A stretch of DNA of 63,515 nt, counting the filler, from Chthonomonadaceae bacterium (GTDB lineage Bacteria > Armatimonadota > Chthonomonadetes > Chthonomonadales > Chthonomonadaceae), in the NCBI GenBank assembly GCA_035650735.1. It is 5 parts of 5 records of this genome, joined end to end, with 100 filler letters (N's around TTAATTAATTAA, not from the genome) between each part and the next. Parts side by side here need not be neighbours in the genome. Positions count along the whole stretch, not along the records: positions 22,697 to 51,504 come from DASRGZ010000053.1; 4 more parts are not named here. One strand, written 5' to 3'. The translations under genes and the position numbers were made by a program. The notes beneath the pieces were generated by a model, which made no database searches, had not been told where the DNA came from, and was given only the letters and a program-made list of their open reading frames with translations. This document shows positions 28,809 through 38,771 of this stretch, one piece after another (position 1 is the stretch's first letter; each line of letters opens with the position of its first letter).

Positions 28809-29480
28809 TCACCACTTCATGTTCAGTGCCAGACGCGGGCGGTCGCTCGTGTTTTTGCTGCCCGCATGGGCGCAGAGATAGTGGTAGAACAACACATCGC
28901 CGCGCCGGGGAGTAAGCTCGACCGGCTCTCCAATCCCCGCCCTCGGAATGTCCTGGTTGAGCGCCCACATCAGCTCGTAGCGCTCCGGATCGCTTTTCGC
29001 CAGGGCCTCCAGCTTCAGATGCGAACCCGGCCAGACGATGGTGCCGGCCCCATGCGAGGGCACGTCGCTCAGATAGGTCATAGCGGCGATGCGGAAAGCG
29101 CGCGGGAACGTCTTGTGGCCGGCTTCCTTGATCGCGTGGTCAATGTGCGGGCGCGGCCATTGCCACTCGCCCTCCTGCGGAAAGACGTTGATCGCATAGG
29201 CGCGTGTGGGCGGGCGCATGGTGGATGGGTCGTCGCCGGCAAGCTGCGCCGCCGCCGCGCAGAACTCCGGCGTGTAGCAAGCCAGCAGCACCGGGTCGGT
29301 ATAGACGTTGTGCCCAGGCGCTATATTGGCCCACGTTGCCGGATCGGCGGGATCGGCCCCTATCGCCCGCCACATCGCCGCCTCTGCCTCCGCCGCGATC
29401 TCCACAGGAATCAGCCCGGACACAAGCAGGTAGCCCTGCTCCGCATAAAGCCGCTCTTGCTCCCTGGTCAAAACAGCCAT
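28809..29480 (-). CDS. Phytanoyl-CoA dioxygenase (PhyH) family protein
   Basis: EQGYL, HID, PGSH, GDVLF.H....HAGSKN.S..PR. Confidence 0.88.
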   Translation of the reverse strand: MAVLTREQERLYAEQGYLLVSGLIPVEIAAEAEAAMWRAIGADPADPATWANIAPGHNVYTDPVLLACYTPEFCAAAAQLAGDDPSTMRPPTRAYAINVFPQEGEWQWPRPHIDHAIKEAGHKTFPRAFRIAAMTYLSDVPSHGAGTIVWPGSHLKLEALAKSDPERYELMWALNQDIPRAGIGEPVELTPRRGDVLFYHYLCAHAGSKNTSDRPRLALNMKW

Positions 29481-29709
29481 TCACACACCTCTCTTGTCGT
29501 TGTCGCGGGGCCTCCCGTCGGTATGCGGAGGCGCTTCTCTTCTGGAGTTCCTGCCTGCCGCTCCTTCGTAGTCCCGCATACGATTATGTTACCCCGATTC
29601 CGCCCCGGCGCTTCAGGCCGGAGTATCTTCGGTTATAATAGAGGCATGGGGAAGCCCATTCCCCTATGTATGTCCGCCTGTATGCAGGCTACGGCAGGGA
29701 GGTAAGACC

Positions 29710-30414
29710 ATGGCAGTCGCAAAACCCACCGGCATGAAGCGCTTCAGGGATGAGGAGGATTTCTATCCCTCTTCCGACGGAAAACCGATGGCCGAAACCG
29801 ATACGCACCGCCAATTGATGATGTATTGCATTGATGCCCTAACCATCTATTTTGCCGACCGGCCCGATGTCTATGTCTCCGGCAACAACTTCATCTACTT
29901 TGAGGAAGGCAACCCCAAGGCGCGCGTTTCCCCTGATTGCTATGTTGTCTTCGGGGTGCCTAAGCGGCAGCGCAACTCCTACATGGTCTGGAAGGAAGGC
30001 GGGAAGCTGCCCGCGGTCGTCTTTGAGCTTACTTCTCGCAAGACCAGGAAAGAGGATGTAAGCGTCAAACGTCCTCTCTATGAGAGCGTGCTGCGCGTGC
30101 CGGAATACTTCTTGTTCGACCCAACCGGCGACTACCTCAAGCCGCGCCTTCAGGGATATCGGTTGGTGGAGGGTAGGTATCAACCGCTGCTTCCGGCGGA
30201 GGGCAGACTGCACAGCGAGCAGTTAGGGCTGGATCTGGTGGAGGAGGGCGAGAACCTGCGCCTGTATGACCCACAACGCAATGAGTCGCTTCTAACTCCG
30301 TTGGAACTAGCGCAGCGGGCAGAGGCAGAGGCACAGGCACGGGCTGCCGCCGAAGCTGAGAACGAGCGGCTGCGCGCCGAAATCGAGGCCCTGCGGCGGC
30401 AGGCCGGAAGATAG
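29710..30414 (+). CDS. Uma2 family endonuclease
   Basis: YPSSDGKPMAE...H, SPDCYVVFG, FELTS, EYFLFDP, coiled-coil tail. Confidence 0.9.
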   Translation: MAVAKPTGMKRFRDEEDFYPSSDGKPMAETDTHRQLMMYCIDALTIYFADRPDVYVSGNNFIYFEEGNPKARVSPDCYVVFGVPKRQRNSYMVWKEGGKLPAVVFELTSRKTRKEDVSVKRPLYESVLRVPEYFLFDPTGDYLKPRLQGYRLVEGRYQPLLPAEGRLHSEQLGLDLVEEGENLRLYDPQRNESLLTPLELAQRAEAEAQARAAAEAENERLRAEIEALRRQAGR

Positions 30415-30560
30415 AGGGCAAGGCCGTTTAGCAAAAGGCGTGCGAGCAACGTTATAGATTATTGGCCTGCGCGTTCGCGCAATATCACGTTCCAGCCATG
30501 CGCCCTCTTTGATGGGATTGGCCTGCACGTTCGCTCAAACTCTGATATAATGAGATTGCT

Positions 30561-32942
30561 ATGGATGCCCATTCCTTACACGTACTCGAATACCGCAAAG
30601 TTTTAGATCGCCTGGTCGCGCATACCTCCAACGGCATCGGGCGCGAGTTCGCCGCGCAGTTGGAGCCGCTGCCCTACCCGGAGACCGTGGTGCGCCGCCT
30701 CCAGGAGACGCGCGAGGCTCGCCTGCTGCGCGACTCCGACAGCGGCATGCCCCTCGGCGGCATTCACGACATCCGCGAGACCGTGGAGCGCGGACGCATC
30801 GGCACGCGCCTGACGCCCCACGAGCTGCTGGATGTGATGCACACGGTCGGCGCCGCGCGTCGGCTGCGCACGTACCTGCTCAGCCGCCAGGACAAGTGCC
30901 CGCTGCTGGCCGAGATGGCAAGCAACCTGCCCATCCTGAGCCACCTGGAACAGCGCATCGAGGAGTGCATCAACGAGAACGCCGAGGTGCGCGATACCGC
31001 CTCGCCGGAATTGGCCCGCGTGCGCAGCCAGCTTAAGGTGGTTCACAGTCGGCTGAACGACCGCCTGCAAAGCCTTCTCTCCAGCGACAAGTACCGGCCC
31101 TACATTCAGGAGTTTGTGGTTACGGTGCGGGAGGGACGGTACTGCATCCCCGTCAAGGCCGAGTACGCGCGGGCCTTCGGCGGCTTTGTCCACGATTCCA
31201 GCCAGTCGGGGGCGACGGTCTTCATCGAGCCGGCCCAGACCGTGGAGCTTGGCAATGAGCTTAAACAGCTGGCAATTCGGGAGGAGCAGGAGGTAGACCG
31301 CATTCTCTACGAGCTCTCGGACAAGGTCGGCGCCCACTACGAGCAACTTCAGCGCCTCATCTCCATCCTGGGCCACCTGGACGTGATTCACGCCAAGGCG
31401 ATCCTGGCCGAAGCGATGGGCGCCTCCGAGCCTATCCTGAACCGCAAGGGCATCGTCAAGCTCTACGATGCGCGCCACCCACTGCTGCCGGGCAAGGTCG
31501 TGCCGATTGATATTGAGTTAGGCGAGCGGTTTACGACGCTGCTCATCACCGGCCCGAACACAGGCGGCAAGACGGTCACGCTCAAGACCGTCGGCCTGCT
31601 GACGCTGATGACGCTGGCCGGGATGCAGATACCCGCCAGCCCCAACAGCGAGGTCGCCCTATTCGATCAGGTCTACGCCGATATCGGCGACGAGCAGGAC
31701 ATCCAGCAGAGCCTCTCCACGTTCAGCGCGCACATGAAGAACATCATTCGCATCGTGGAGACGCTAGGCGATAACGCCCTGGTGCTGCTGGATGAGGTAG
31801 GCGCGGGCACCGACCCGGCGGAGGGCGCCGCGCTGGCCAAAGCCCTGCTCGATTACCTGATGGCCCAAAACGCCCGCGTCGTGGCGACCACGCACTACGG
31901 AGAACTGAAAGAGTACGCCTACGCACGTCCGGGCGTTGAGAACGCCTCCGTGGAGTTCGACAAGGAGACGCTATCGCCGACCTATCGCATTCTGCTGGGC
32001 ATTCCCGGCTCGTCCAATGCGTTCTATATCGCCACGCGCCTGGGGCTGCCGGCCCATATCGTCGAGGACGCCCGCGCGTTCCTGTCGCGGCGCGAGCTGG
32101 AGACGGGCGAGCTGCTTCAGCAGATCGAGCAGAGCCGCCGCGTCACCGCCGATGCCGAGCGCGAGGCCCTGCGCGCCCGCGAGGAAGCCTACGCCGCTCG
32201 CGAGGAGTATCAGACCCGGGTGAAGCAGATCGCGGAGGTGCAGCGGACGGTGCGCCAGCAAGCGCAGGAGGAGGCGCGCGAGGTGCTGCGCCGCGCCACC
32301 GATAAGGCGGAGAACATCCTCAAAGACCTGCAGAAAATGCACAAGGGCGCGCGCAAAGGCCCGTCCGTGCGGCAGCGGCTGAACACCCTGCGGACCGAGA
32401 CCTACGAGGCGCTGCACGCCGGCGAGCAACTGCCCCAGGAGGATCTGGCTCCTATCGAGCCGGGGCACGTGTTCCGGGCGGGCGACCCCGTGCGCGTGCT
32501 CTCGCTCAATATGGACGGCCAGCTTCTGGAGGATCCGCACGATGGAGTGGTGGCGGTCCAGATCGGGCCGATGCGCGCTACGCTGCCCCTCGATCAATTG
32601 CGCCCGCTGAAGAGGTCGGAGGCTGCCGTCCCCGAGAAGCGCAAGAGCGCGGTCAGCTCCGGCGCTGGCGAGATCGCTATGCGCAAATCCATGCATATCT
32701 CGCCCGAGTTGATGCTGCGCGCCATGCGCGTGGAGGAGGCCCAGCCGATCCTGGATAAGTACGTGGACGACGCCTATGCCGCCGGCATCCACCAGGCGCG
32801 CATCATTCACGGAGTCGGCACGGGCACGCTGCGCCGCGTGGTGCACGAGTTCCTGCGCGGCCATCCCGCCGTCGAGTCGTTCCGGCTCGGCGAGAGGGAG
32901 GAGGGCGGCGAGGGCGCAACCGTGGTCACCTTCAAAAGCTAG
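30561..32942 (+). CDS. mutS2: Endonuclease MutS2
   Basis: ITGPNTGGKT, DIGDEQ...LSTFSAH, DEVGAGTDP.EG, KOW and Smr (IIHGVGTG) domains; TGATATAAT upstream. Confidence 0.96.
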   Translation: MDAHSLHVLEYRKVLDRLVAHTSNGIGREFAAQLEPLPYPETVVRRLQETREARLLRDSDSGMPLGGIHDIRETVERGRIGTRLTPHELLDVMHTVGAARRLRTYLLSRQDKCPLLAEMASNLPILSHLEQRIEECINENAEVRDTASPELARVRSQLKVVHSRLNDRLQSLLSSDKYRPYIQEFVVTVREGRYCIPVKAEYARAFGGFVHDSSQSGATVFIEPAQTVELGNELKQLAIREEQEVDRILYELSDKVGAHYEQLQRLISILGHLDVIHAKAILAEAMGASEPILNRKGIVKLYDARHPLLPGKVVPIDIELGERFTTLLITGPNTGGKTVTLKTVGLLTLMTLAGMQIPASPNSEVALFDQVYADIGDEQDIQQSLSTFSAHMKNIIRIVETLGDNALVLLDEVGAGTDPAEGAALAKALLDYLMAQNARVVATTHYGELKEYAYARPGVENASVEFDKETLSPTYRILLGIPGSSNAFYIATRLGLPAHIVEDARAFLSRRELETGELLQQIEQSRRVTADAEREALRAREEAYAAREEYQTRVKQIAEVQRTVRQQAQEEAREVLRRATDKAENILKDLQKMHKGARKGPSVRQRLNTLRTETYEALHAGEQLPQEDLAPIEPGHVFRAGDPVRVLSLNMDGQLLEDPHDGVVAVQIGPMRATLPLDQLRPLKRSEAAVPEKRKSAVSSGAGEIAMRKSMHISPELMLRAMRVEEAQPILDKYVDDAYAAGIHQARIIHGVGTGTLRRVVHEFLRGHPAVESFRLGEREEGGEGATVVTFKS

Positions 32943-33223
32943 CCTTCCCCATTACAAACTCGCTTCCTATTTCATGAGGCCGCTAGCTAAGGGGATAGGA
33001 AGCGAGACCCCGTAATAGAGCACTGAAGGTAAAACGTATGGCATAGCCGCAGTGGATACAAGGCTCGTGGGAGGAAATCTGCGCGGGCCGAGGAGTTCAA
33101 AGACCGCAACGACCTCCTGCTTATCATTCCCGGCGATCCGGTTCTGACTACCTGGCCTGCTGGACAGTCGGTACAGCCTCGCTCTCAAGGACAATGCTGT
33201 CCCATACTCTGGTAAGTGGCAGG

Positions 33224-33770
33224 TCAGTGCCCTTCCTCAAATGCCTCCTCACCTTCCAAGCCGCGTACGAACGCCTCGAAACTCTCCGCAACAAAGGTGA
33301 TCTTGTAGTCCCACTCCTGGTCCACATGGACAACCTGCGGTTCTCCGTGCGGCCCAACATTCCCGGTAATCCAGGCAGACCATATCATGTCCGGCGGACG
33401 GACAGTCGGCGAAATACACACCGATCGCCGGGTATTCCCCTATATCGATCCAGAACTGACTGCCGAACTCACCGCACAGAGAGCACGGTTTCTCCCGGCC
33501 TATTGAGAATATTCCCGTGATGGCAATGTGGTCCTCCGACCACGAGGTGGGCTCTTGGGTTCGGTGGCGTGTTCTCCTGGGGATGCCCCCATTCTGATAT
33601 TTCGTCAACTCGACGTAGGCTTGGGGGAGTTTGTAGCCGAGTGCGCGCTCCACGTCGGCAACCTGCTCTTCCGAGAGCGGAGCGCCCACATACTGCTTCT
33701 GAGCATACTCCGAAGGTTCCCCGAACTGTTCAATATCGAAGCCGCCAGAGATTTTGTACCTTTACCTCAT
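33224..33770 (-). pseudogene. SMI1/KNR4 family immunity protein, frameshifted
   Basis: LGYKLP.AY...QNGG and PSAGHDMVCLDYREC in one frame; GEPQVVHVDQEWDYKITFVA in another (shift near 33358); ATG-AGG-TAA at the 5' end. Confidence 0.8.
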
Positions 33771-33906
33771 CCCTTGCAGGCTATCTCCTCGCATGGCATG
33801 CTAACGGCCTTAACGCCCCGGCCACTTTGTATCGCACCGTTAGAGCACCAGCGAAACAATGGATACAGTCAAAATCAGCTTCTGCTTGTTCCCTCTTCGC
33901 TGGCTG

Positions 33907-35073
33907 CTAGGGTTGGGGGGCGCGGGCTTCGGCCAGTTGGGCGGCGAGCAGGCCCGCCGCCGCCGCCGCCAGGAAGAACGGGCGCTCCTCGGCGACGCTG
34001 CGGCCCATAGTGGTCACTTCCAGGCCGTAGGTTTCCAGGGCGTCCAGCCCCCGGTAGGCGTCTATGGTGATGGGTTGATGTTTTTCCGAAATGCCCAGCT
34101 CTTCCAGGGCGGTCATCAGGTCCCGGCGCTGTTTTTCCGGCAGGCGCGGAATGGGAACGAGGGCGGGCACGCGGGCAATGCGCCGCAGGACGGTTGCCGT
34201 GTGATGGCTCAGCCCGATGTGCCGCTCGCGCGGGTCGGCGAAGCTGATGCGCGCGACGGCGATAGGCACGCCGCCCAGCGAGTCCACCGCATTAATCGCA
34301 AGCCCCTGGTCAATGCCTGAAAACCCCAGCGCCGTCTCTGTTCCCACGTTGCCCGGCCCCTGCGCCACCACTACCATATCTGCCCTGGCGACCTCCTTGG
34401 CCGCCACCAGAGCCGAATAGAGATTGACCGCCTCGTAGTCCCCGCCAAACGCCTGCCCCGCCGTAATGGTGGCGTCTAAGAGCCCTTTGTCCTTCATCTG
34501 GGGCACCAGGCGGCTGAGCGCGAGGGGCAGCGCGGCCCCATCCGTCATGATATAGGCGATGCGCGGCGGGCTAGCCCAGCCGCATTCGTGCAGCGCCCAC
34601 TGCGCGGCGGCACAGATGGCGGGCAACTGGCTGTGCAGTTCCGCGCAGACGACCGGCATATCTTCCAGAGAGGTGAACTGGCGAATGGCGTTGTGGTGCG
34701 GGCTTTCGGGCGCTTCTACCGTTAGAACCGGCATTTGCAGGGGCGTATAGCGCATTTTGAGAATATGGCCGGGGGGCGGCGCGAGGGAGTGCTCCCGGCC
34801 CACGACGGCAACCACAAAATCAAGCCCACCGGTGCCCAGCCCCATCTCCACGGCCACCGTGTTCAGCAGCACCTGATCGCCGACATCCACCCGCCCGGTC
34901 AGCGCCATGAGGTTGAGCGCAGGGCGCAAGGGACAATCTTGCGGCGCTTCCTCGCCGGACGCCCGCACCGGCAGATCGGGCGGCGCCCCGTCGCCGACGC
35001 GCACGACGACCTCCTGCGCGCCCGGCCGCTCGGTTACAATGGCTTCGACGACGCCGGAGACGCGCTGCCTCAT
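33907..35073 (-). CDS. DUF3866 family protein
   Basis: LNTVAV..GLGTGG, GHILKMRYTPLQ, LHSQL, YIMTDGAALP, GQAFGGD, GLSHH. Confidence 0.88.
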   Translation of the reverse strand: MRQRVSGVVEAIVTERPGAQEVVVRVGDGAPPDLPVRASGEEAPQDCPLRPALNLMALTGRVDVGDQVLLNTVAVEMGLGTGGLDFVVAVVGREHSLAPPPGHILKMRYTPLQMPVLTVEAPESPHHNAIRQFTSLEDMPVVCAELHSQLPAICAAAQWALHECGWASPPRIAYIMTDGAALPLALSRLVPQMKDKGLLDATITAGQAFGGDYEAVNLYSALVAAKEVARADMVVVAQGPGNVGTETALGFSGIDQGLAINAVDSLGGVPIAVARISFADPRERHIGLSHHTATVLRRIARVPALVPIPRLPEKQRRDLMTALEELGISEKHQPITIDAYRGLDALETYGLEVTTMGRSVAEERPFFLAAAAAGLLAAQLAEARAPQP

Positions 35074-35152
35074 GGCGCGGCCTCGCGGTCGGCGCGCGCC
35101 GGAGCGTTCCACGTCTGGAGGAAATCATCGGGCATACGTGGAGTCTCCTTGC

Positions 35153-36190
35153 CTAGCGGGTCAGGGTCACTTTGCTGAGGCCGCGCGGCTTGTCCGGGTT
35201 CTGTCCGCGCGCCTGCGCCAGATGGCAGGCCCAGAGCTGGCCCGCAACGATGTAGGTGAGCGGGCTAAGCAGCTCATCCACGGAGGTCGGAACCTTCAGG
35301 GGCCGGGTCGCCAGTTCCAGGATCTCCGAGGAATGGGCAATGATCACCATCTCGGCGGCGCGCTCGCGCAGCTTCAGGGCCAGTTCGACCATCGAGGGAT
35401 AGGCGCGCCCATCCGGCGCATAGAGCAGGCAGGGGAAGCCCTCCGAAACCATGGCGATTGGACCGTGCAGGAAATCCGCGCCGGAGTAGGGCTTGGCGAC
35501 GATGTAGCTCGTCTCCGTCATCTTCAGGGCCGCTTCCAGGGCCGTGCACTGGTTGATGCCGCGTGCCAGAACGGCGCACTCCTGGATATAGCGGTAGCGC
35601 TCGACGGTCTGGGCGATGGTCGCGTCCAGGTTCAGGGCGGCGCGCATCTGATCGGGGATGGCGCGCAGGCCATCCAGCAGGGCCGGGCGGTTGGCCCACA
35701 GGCCCGCCAGCAGCGCCACCAGCGTCAGCGCCGTCGTGTAGGTCTTGGTGGCGGCGACGGCCTTCTCCTCCCCGGCATGGCAGAGCAGCACATGGTCGCT
35801 GACGCCGGTAATGGGTGAGCCGTCCACGTTGGTGATGCAGGCCGTCAAAGCGCCCGCCGCCCGCGCCGCCGAGAGGGTCTGCACCACGTCTGTCGCCTGC
35901 CCGGACTGCGAAATGCCAAGCACCAGGCATCCGGCCAGGTTTATTTGAGCGTCATAGAGCGTATAGACGGAGGGGGCTGCCAGGGCGACCGGAGCGCCAA
36001 CAACGATCTGCAACAGATACTTGGCATACGTGCCCGCGTTATCCGAGGTGCCCCGCGCCGCGATCACCACATAGCGCACCTCGCGCTCCCGCAGGTCTCG
36101 GACCAGCGCGGCGACGTTCAGATACTCCTGCTCCACCGTGCGGGCGATGGCCTGCGGCTGCTCATAGATCTCTTCCAACATCAACGACAT
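35153..36190 (-). CDS. Double SIS domain sugar isomerase/deaminase (GlmS isomerase-like, no glutaminase domain)
   Basis: MLEEIYEQP, ARGTSDNA, ISQSG, AVAATKTY, EAALK..E, HGP, NPDKPRGLSKVT. Confidence 0.9.
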   Translation of the reverse strand: MSLMLEEIYEQPQAIARTVEQEYLNVAALVRDLREREVRYVVIAARGTSDNAGTYAKYLLQIVVGAPVALAAPSVYTLYDAQINLAGCLVLGISQSGQATDVVQTLSAARAAGALTACITNVDGSPITGVSDHVLLCHAGEEKAVAATKTYTTALTLVALLAGLWANRPALLDGLRAIPDQMRAALNLDATIAQTVERYRYIQECAVLARGINQCTALEAALKMTETSYIVAKPYSGADFLHGPIAMVSEGFPCLLYAPDGRAYPSMVELALKLRERAAEMVIIAHSSEILELATRPLKVPTSVDELLSPLTYIVAGQLWACHLAQARGQNPDKPRGLSKVTLTR

Positions 36191-36577
36191 TCTAACGTTC
36201 GCTCCCCTTCAACTCTACGCTATCCGCCTCGATAAGTTCAACGCGCTCCTTTAACCGTGCCGGACTCCCGCCCCTTGCTCGGCGAACGAGAACTTCCACC
36301 ATCAACCGGGAATCCGTCGCTCTCTCTATTCGCCATAACGCCCGCTTCTCCCTTCTCTAATCTTCCATCGTAGAAGGGGTAAGGATCAGAGGCAGGCGCA
36401 ATTTAGGGGTAGATAGCAGGGATATTGGCGGTGAGAGGAGGGATGCCACAGGAATCCAGGGAAGGAACAAGGCAGGGTAATGAGGCGTGTATTAGGTGAC
36501 GAGGCCGGGATTCGCCGGTTTATGACTTGCGCTCTAGAGGCTCCGCCCGGCCCTAAAGGGGTGGCTGCCAGGCACGC

Positions 36578-37183
36578 TCACTCTGCGACTTCCTCGGTGG
36601 GTGCAGGCGGAAACTCGACGCGAGCGTAGATGTCGGCCAAGGGGAGCTCACAGCCGATGGAGGGAAGGGTGAGCGTGGCCTCCTGGCCCGTGATTAGACG
36701 GTAGACCCAGGTGTCGTCAGGCTGACGGGTAAAGACCTCCACTTGCGGCTTATCCTGGGCTATCAGAATATAGGTTTGCAGCGAGTCGAGTGTCTGATAA
36801 CAGACGAACTTATCGCCTCGGTCCGTCTTCTCCGTGGACTCCGAAAGCACCTCGACAACCAGCCGGGGGTTGAGGAGGGAGCGCACCCCTGACCGGACTT
36901 CAAACTCCGAACCGCCACAGGCCACCGACACGTCCGGATAAAAGTAGCGGTTGCAGGCGGGCACCCGCACGCGCATATCACTCATGAAAGGCTCGCAGGA
37001 CGTCCCGGCCAGTTGCACGTGGAAGCCGGCATAGACATTGCCGGTGATGCGGACGTGCTCCGGGCTGGCCCCGGCCATCGCGACAATGACGCCGTTGTAA
37101 TACTCGCTCTTGGTTTCGGCAAGGCGCTCCCGCTCCAGATACTCCTCCGGCGTGATGTAAGGCTCTTTGGCATAAGCGAGCAT
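36578..37183 (-). CDS. Uma2 family endonuclease
   Basis: TPEEYL..E...KSEY.NG...AMAGAS..H, YPDVSV.C, NPRLVVEVLSEST...DRG.KF. Confidence 0.92.
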   Translation of the reverse strand: MLAYAKEPYITPEEYLERERLAETKSEYYNGVIVAMAGASPEHVRITGNVYAGFHVQLAGTSCEPFMSDMRVRVPACNRYFYPDVSVACGGSEFEVRSGVRSLLNPRLVVEVLSESTEKTDRGDKFVCYQTLDSLQTYILIAQDKPQVEVFTRQPDDTWVYRLITGQEATLTLPSIGCELPLADIYARVEFPPAPTEEVAE

Positions 37184-37290
37184 GTATCTCCTCCGGTATC
37201 CCGTTCGTTCTTACACTCCTACTCTCGCTTGTCGCCAAAAAACGGAAAAGAGAGCGAAGCGTTCGCAGCCATAGCCGCTTGCGCGTCCGG

Positions 37291-37713
37291 TCAGGTCGGC
37301 GAGCGGTGGAAGTGGACCATTTTCCACTTTCCCTCCTGCCGAACGAAAACCCGCGTTTCGTTGAAGGTTGACCAGCGCGGCTTGCCGCCTTCGTCGTAGG
37401 TCATCAGGCGCGTATAGGTGACGATGCCCGTATCATTGCCATAAACCTGAATGCGCGGCGTCAGCATATCGAAGCGAATTGGCTTGAGCGCAGGATTCTT
37501 CGCCATCTGTTGGATCATCGTCAGGTGGAATTCCAGGCCATCCACGCGGTAGGGGCAGACATCTTCATAGCAGGAGAGGTCGGCGGCAGAATAGGCGGCA
37601 TAGGTTTCGGCGTCTCCGGTATGAATGGCGTGGAGCAGCCGCCAGGTAATCTCCAGCAGTTCGCGCTCGGTGGCGTCCAGGCGCGCGGCCTCGGTCAGGG
37701 CAGCCTCGTACAT
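37291..37713 (-). CDS. NTF2-like / CaMKII association domain (DUF4440) protein
   Basis: LL.AI..GD...Y, GLEFH, ETRVF...GKWKMVHFHRS. Confidence 0.85.
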   Translation of the reverse strand: MYEAALTEAARLDATERELLEITWRLLHAIHTGDAETYAAYSAADLSCYEDVCPYRVDGLEFHLTMIQQMAKNPALKPIRFDMLTPRIQVYGNDTGIVTYTRLMTYDEGGKPRWSTFNETRVFVRQEGKWKMVHFHRSPT

Positions 37714-37782
37714 AGCCACTCCTTCGGGGGAAGCAAGCACAGTCGGGACAGGTCGGCCTTGCTCGACAACTGCCGACCGTCC

Positions 37783-38694
37783 TCAAAAGGGTTTGCTGGC
37801 GGTCAGGCGGCGGACTCGCTCGACGTAGGCAGCATCGTAGGGATCCAGCCTTCCAGCGCTGCGGTAATGCAGGAGCGCCTGCCGCTCATAGCCCAGGCGG
37901 ACATAGGCGTCGCCGAGCAGACAGTGGTAAGAAGCGTTCTCCGGGTCCAGGCGCACGGCCTGTCGGAACGCCTCCACCGCCTCCTGGGTATAGCTGGTTT
38001 GCAGGTAGAGCATTCCCAGGCGCACGTTGTAGTAGGCGTCGTGGGGCGAGAAGAGGGTCGCCTGCTGCATTTCGGCGATGGCATCCGAGAAGCGGCCAAC
38101 GCGGGCATACAGGTCGCCCAGCCAGAAATGGTAGAAGCCCTCCTGCGGCTTGAGTTCCCGTGCGGTCTCCAATTCGTTGATCGCGTGGCTCATCAGGCCG
38201 ATGGCGGCATAGCAATCGCCCAGTTTGTAGCGATAGAAGGCGTTGTTTGGGTCGAAATCCACGGCCTTGCGGTACTCGATCAGCGCGGCGTGCAGCTTGC
38301 CGTAGCGTTTGTAGACTTCCCCTAGACTGAAATGCGGCCCGGCGCGGCGCGGGCTGACTTTGATGGCGCGGCGATAGTGAGAGACGGCTTTGAGGGACTG
38401 CTCGGCGAAGAGGTAGGCGTCGCCCAGGCGCGTATGGTGGGACGCCTCGCCCGACTCCATTTGCAGGGCGCGTCGGTACTGCTGGATGGCCTCCTCCACT
38501 TTGCCCTCGGCGATCTGCTGATCGCCCAGCTCGCGGCTCTCGGCGGCGGTCAGGGGCGGCGGTTCGGGCCGCGTTTCCAGTTCGGCGGCTATCGTCTCTT
38601 CCAATGGGGTGAGCCGACGGCCCGGGATCGCGCTCGTGTCTTCGGACGCCGGTGGTTCCGGCTCGGGAGTATCGAATGGATCCTGAGAGTTCAC
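37783..38694 (-). CDS. Tetratricopeptide repeat protein
   Basis: About seven 34-aa repeats with the LG..Y...G...A....A....P pattern. Confidence 0.9.
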   Translation of the reverse strand: MNSQDPFDTPEPEPPASEDTSAIPGRRLTPLEETIAAELETRPEPPPLTAAESRELGDQQIAEGKVEEAIQQYRRALQMESGEASHHTRLGDAYLFAEQSLKAVSHYRRAIKVSPRRAGPHFSLGEVYKRYGKLHAALIEYRKAVDFDPNNAFYRYKLGDCYAAIGLMSHAINELETARELKPQEGFYHFWLGDLYARVGRFSDAIAEMQQATLFSPHDAYYNVRLGMLYLQTSYTQEAVEAFRQAVRLDPENASYHCLLGDAYVRLGYERQALLHYRSAGRLDPYDAAYVERVRRLTASKPF

Positions 38695-38771
38695 TAGCTT
38701 CCCTCGTCGTGCCTATTTTGCCGGGGCAGCGGATCGCGGCTTCCAGACCACTTATCCGGCAACGTGACTAT

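Noticed and set aside
36191..36560. glmS ribozyme upstream of the SIS gene
   Set aside because: The core AGCGCC...GACGAGG arrangement is not found on the coding strand; a GACGAGG occurs only on the opposite strand.
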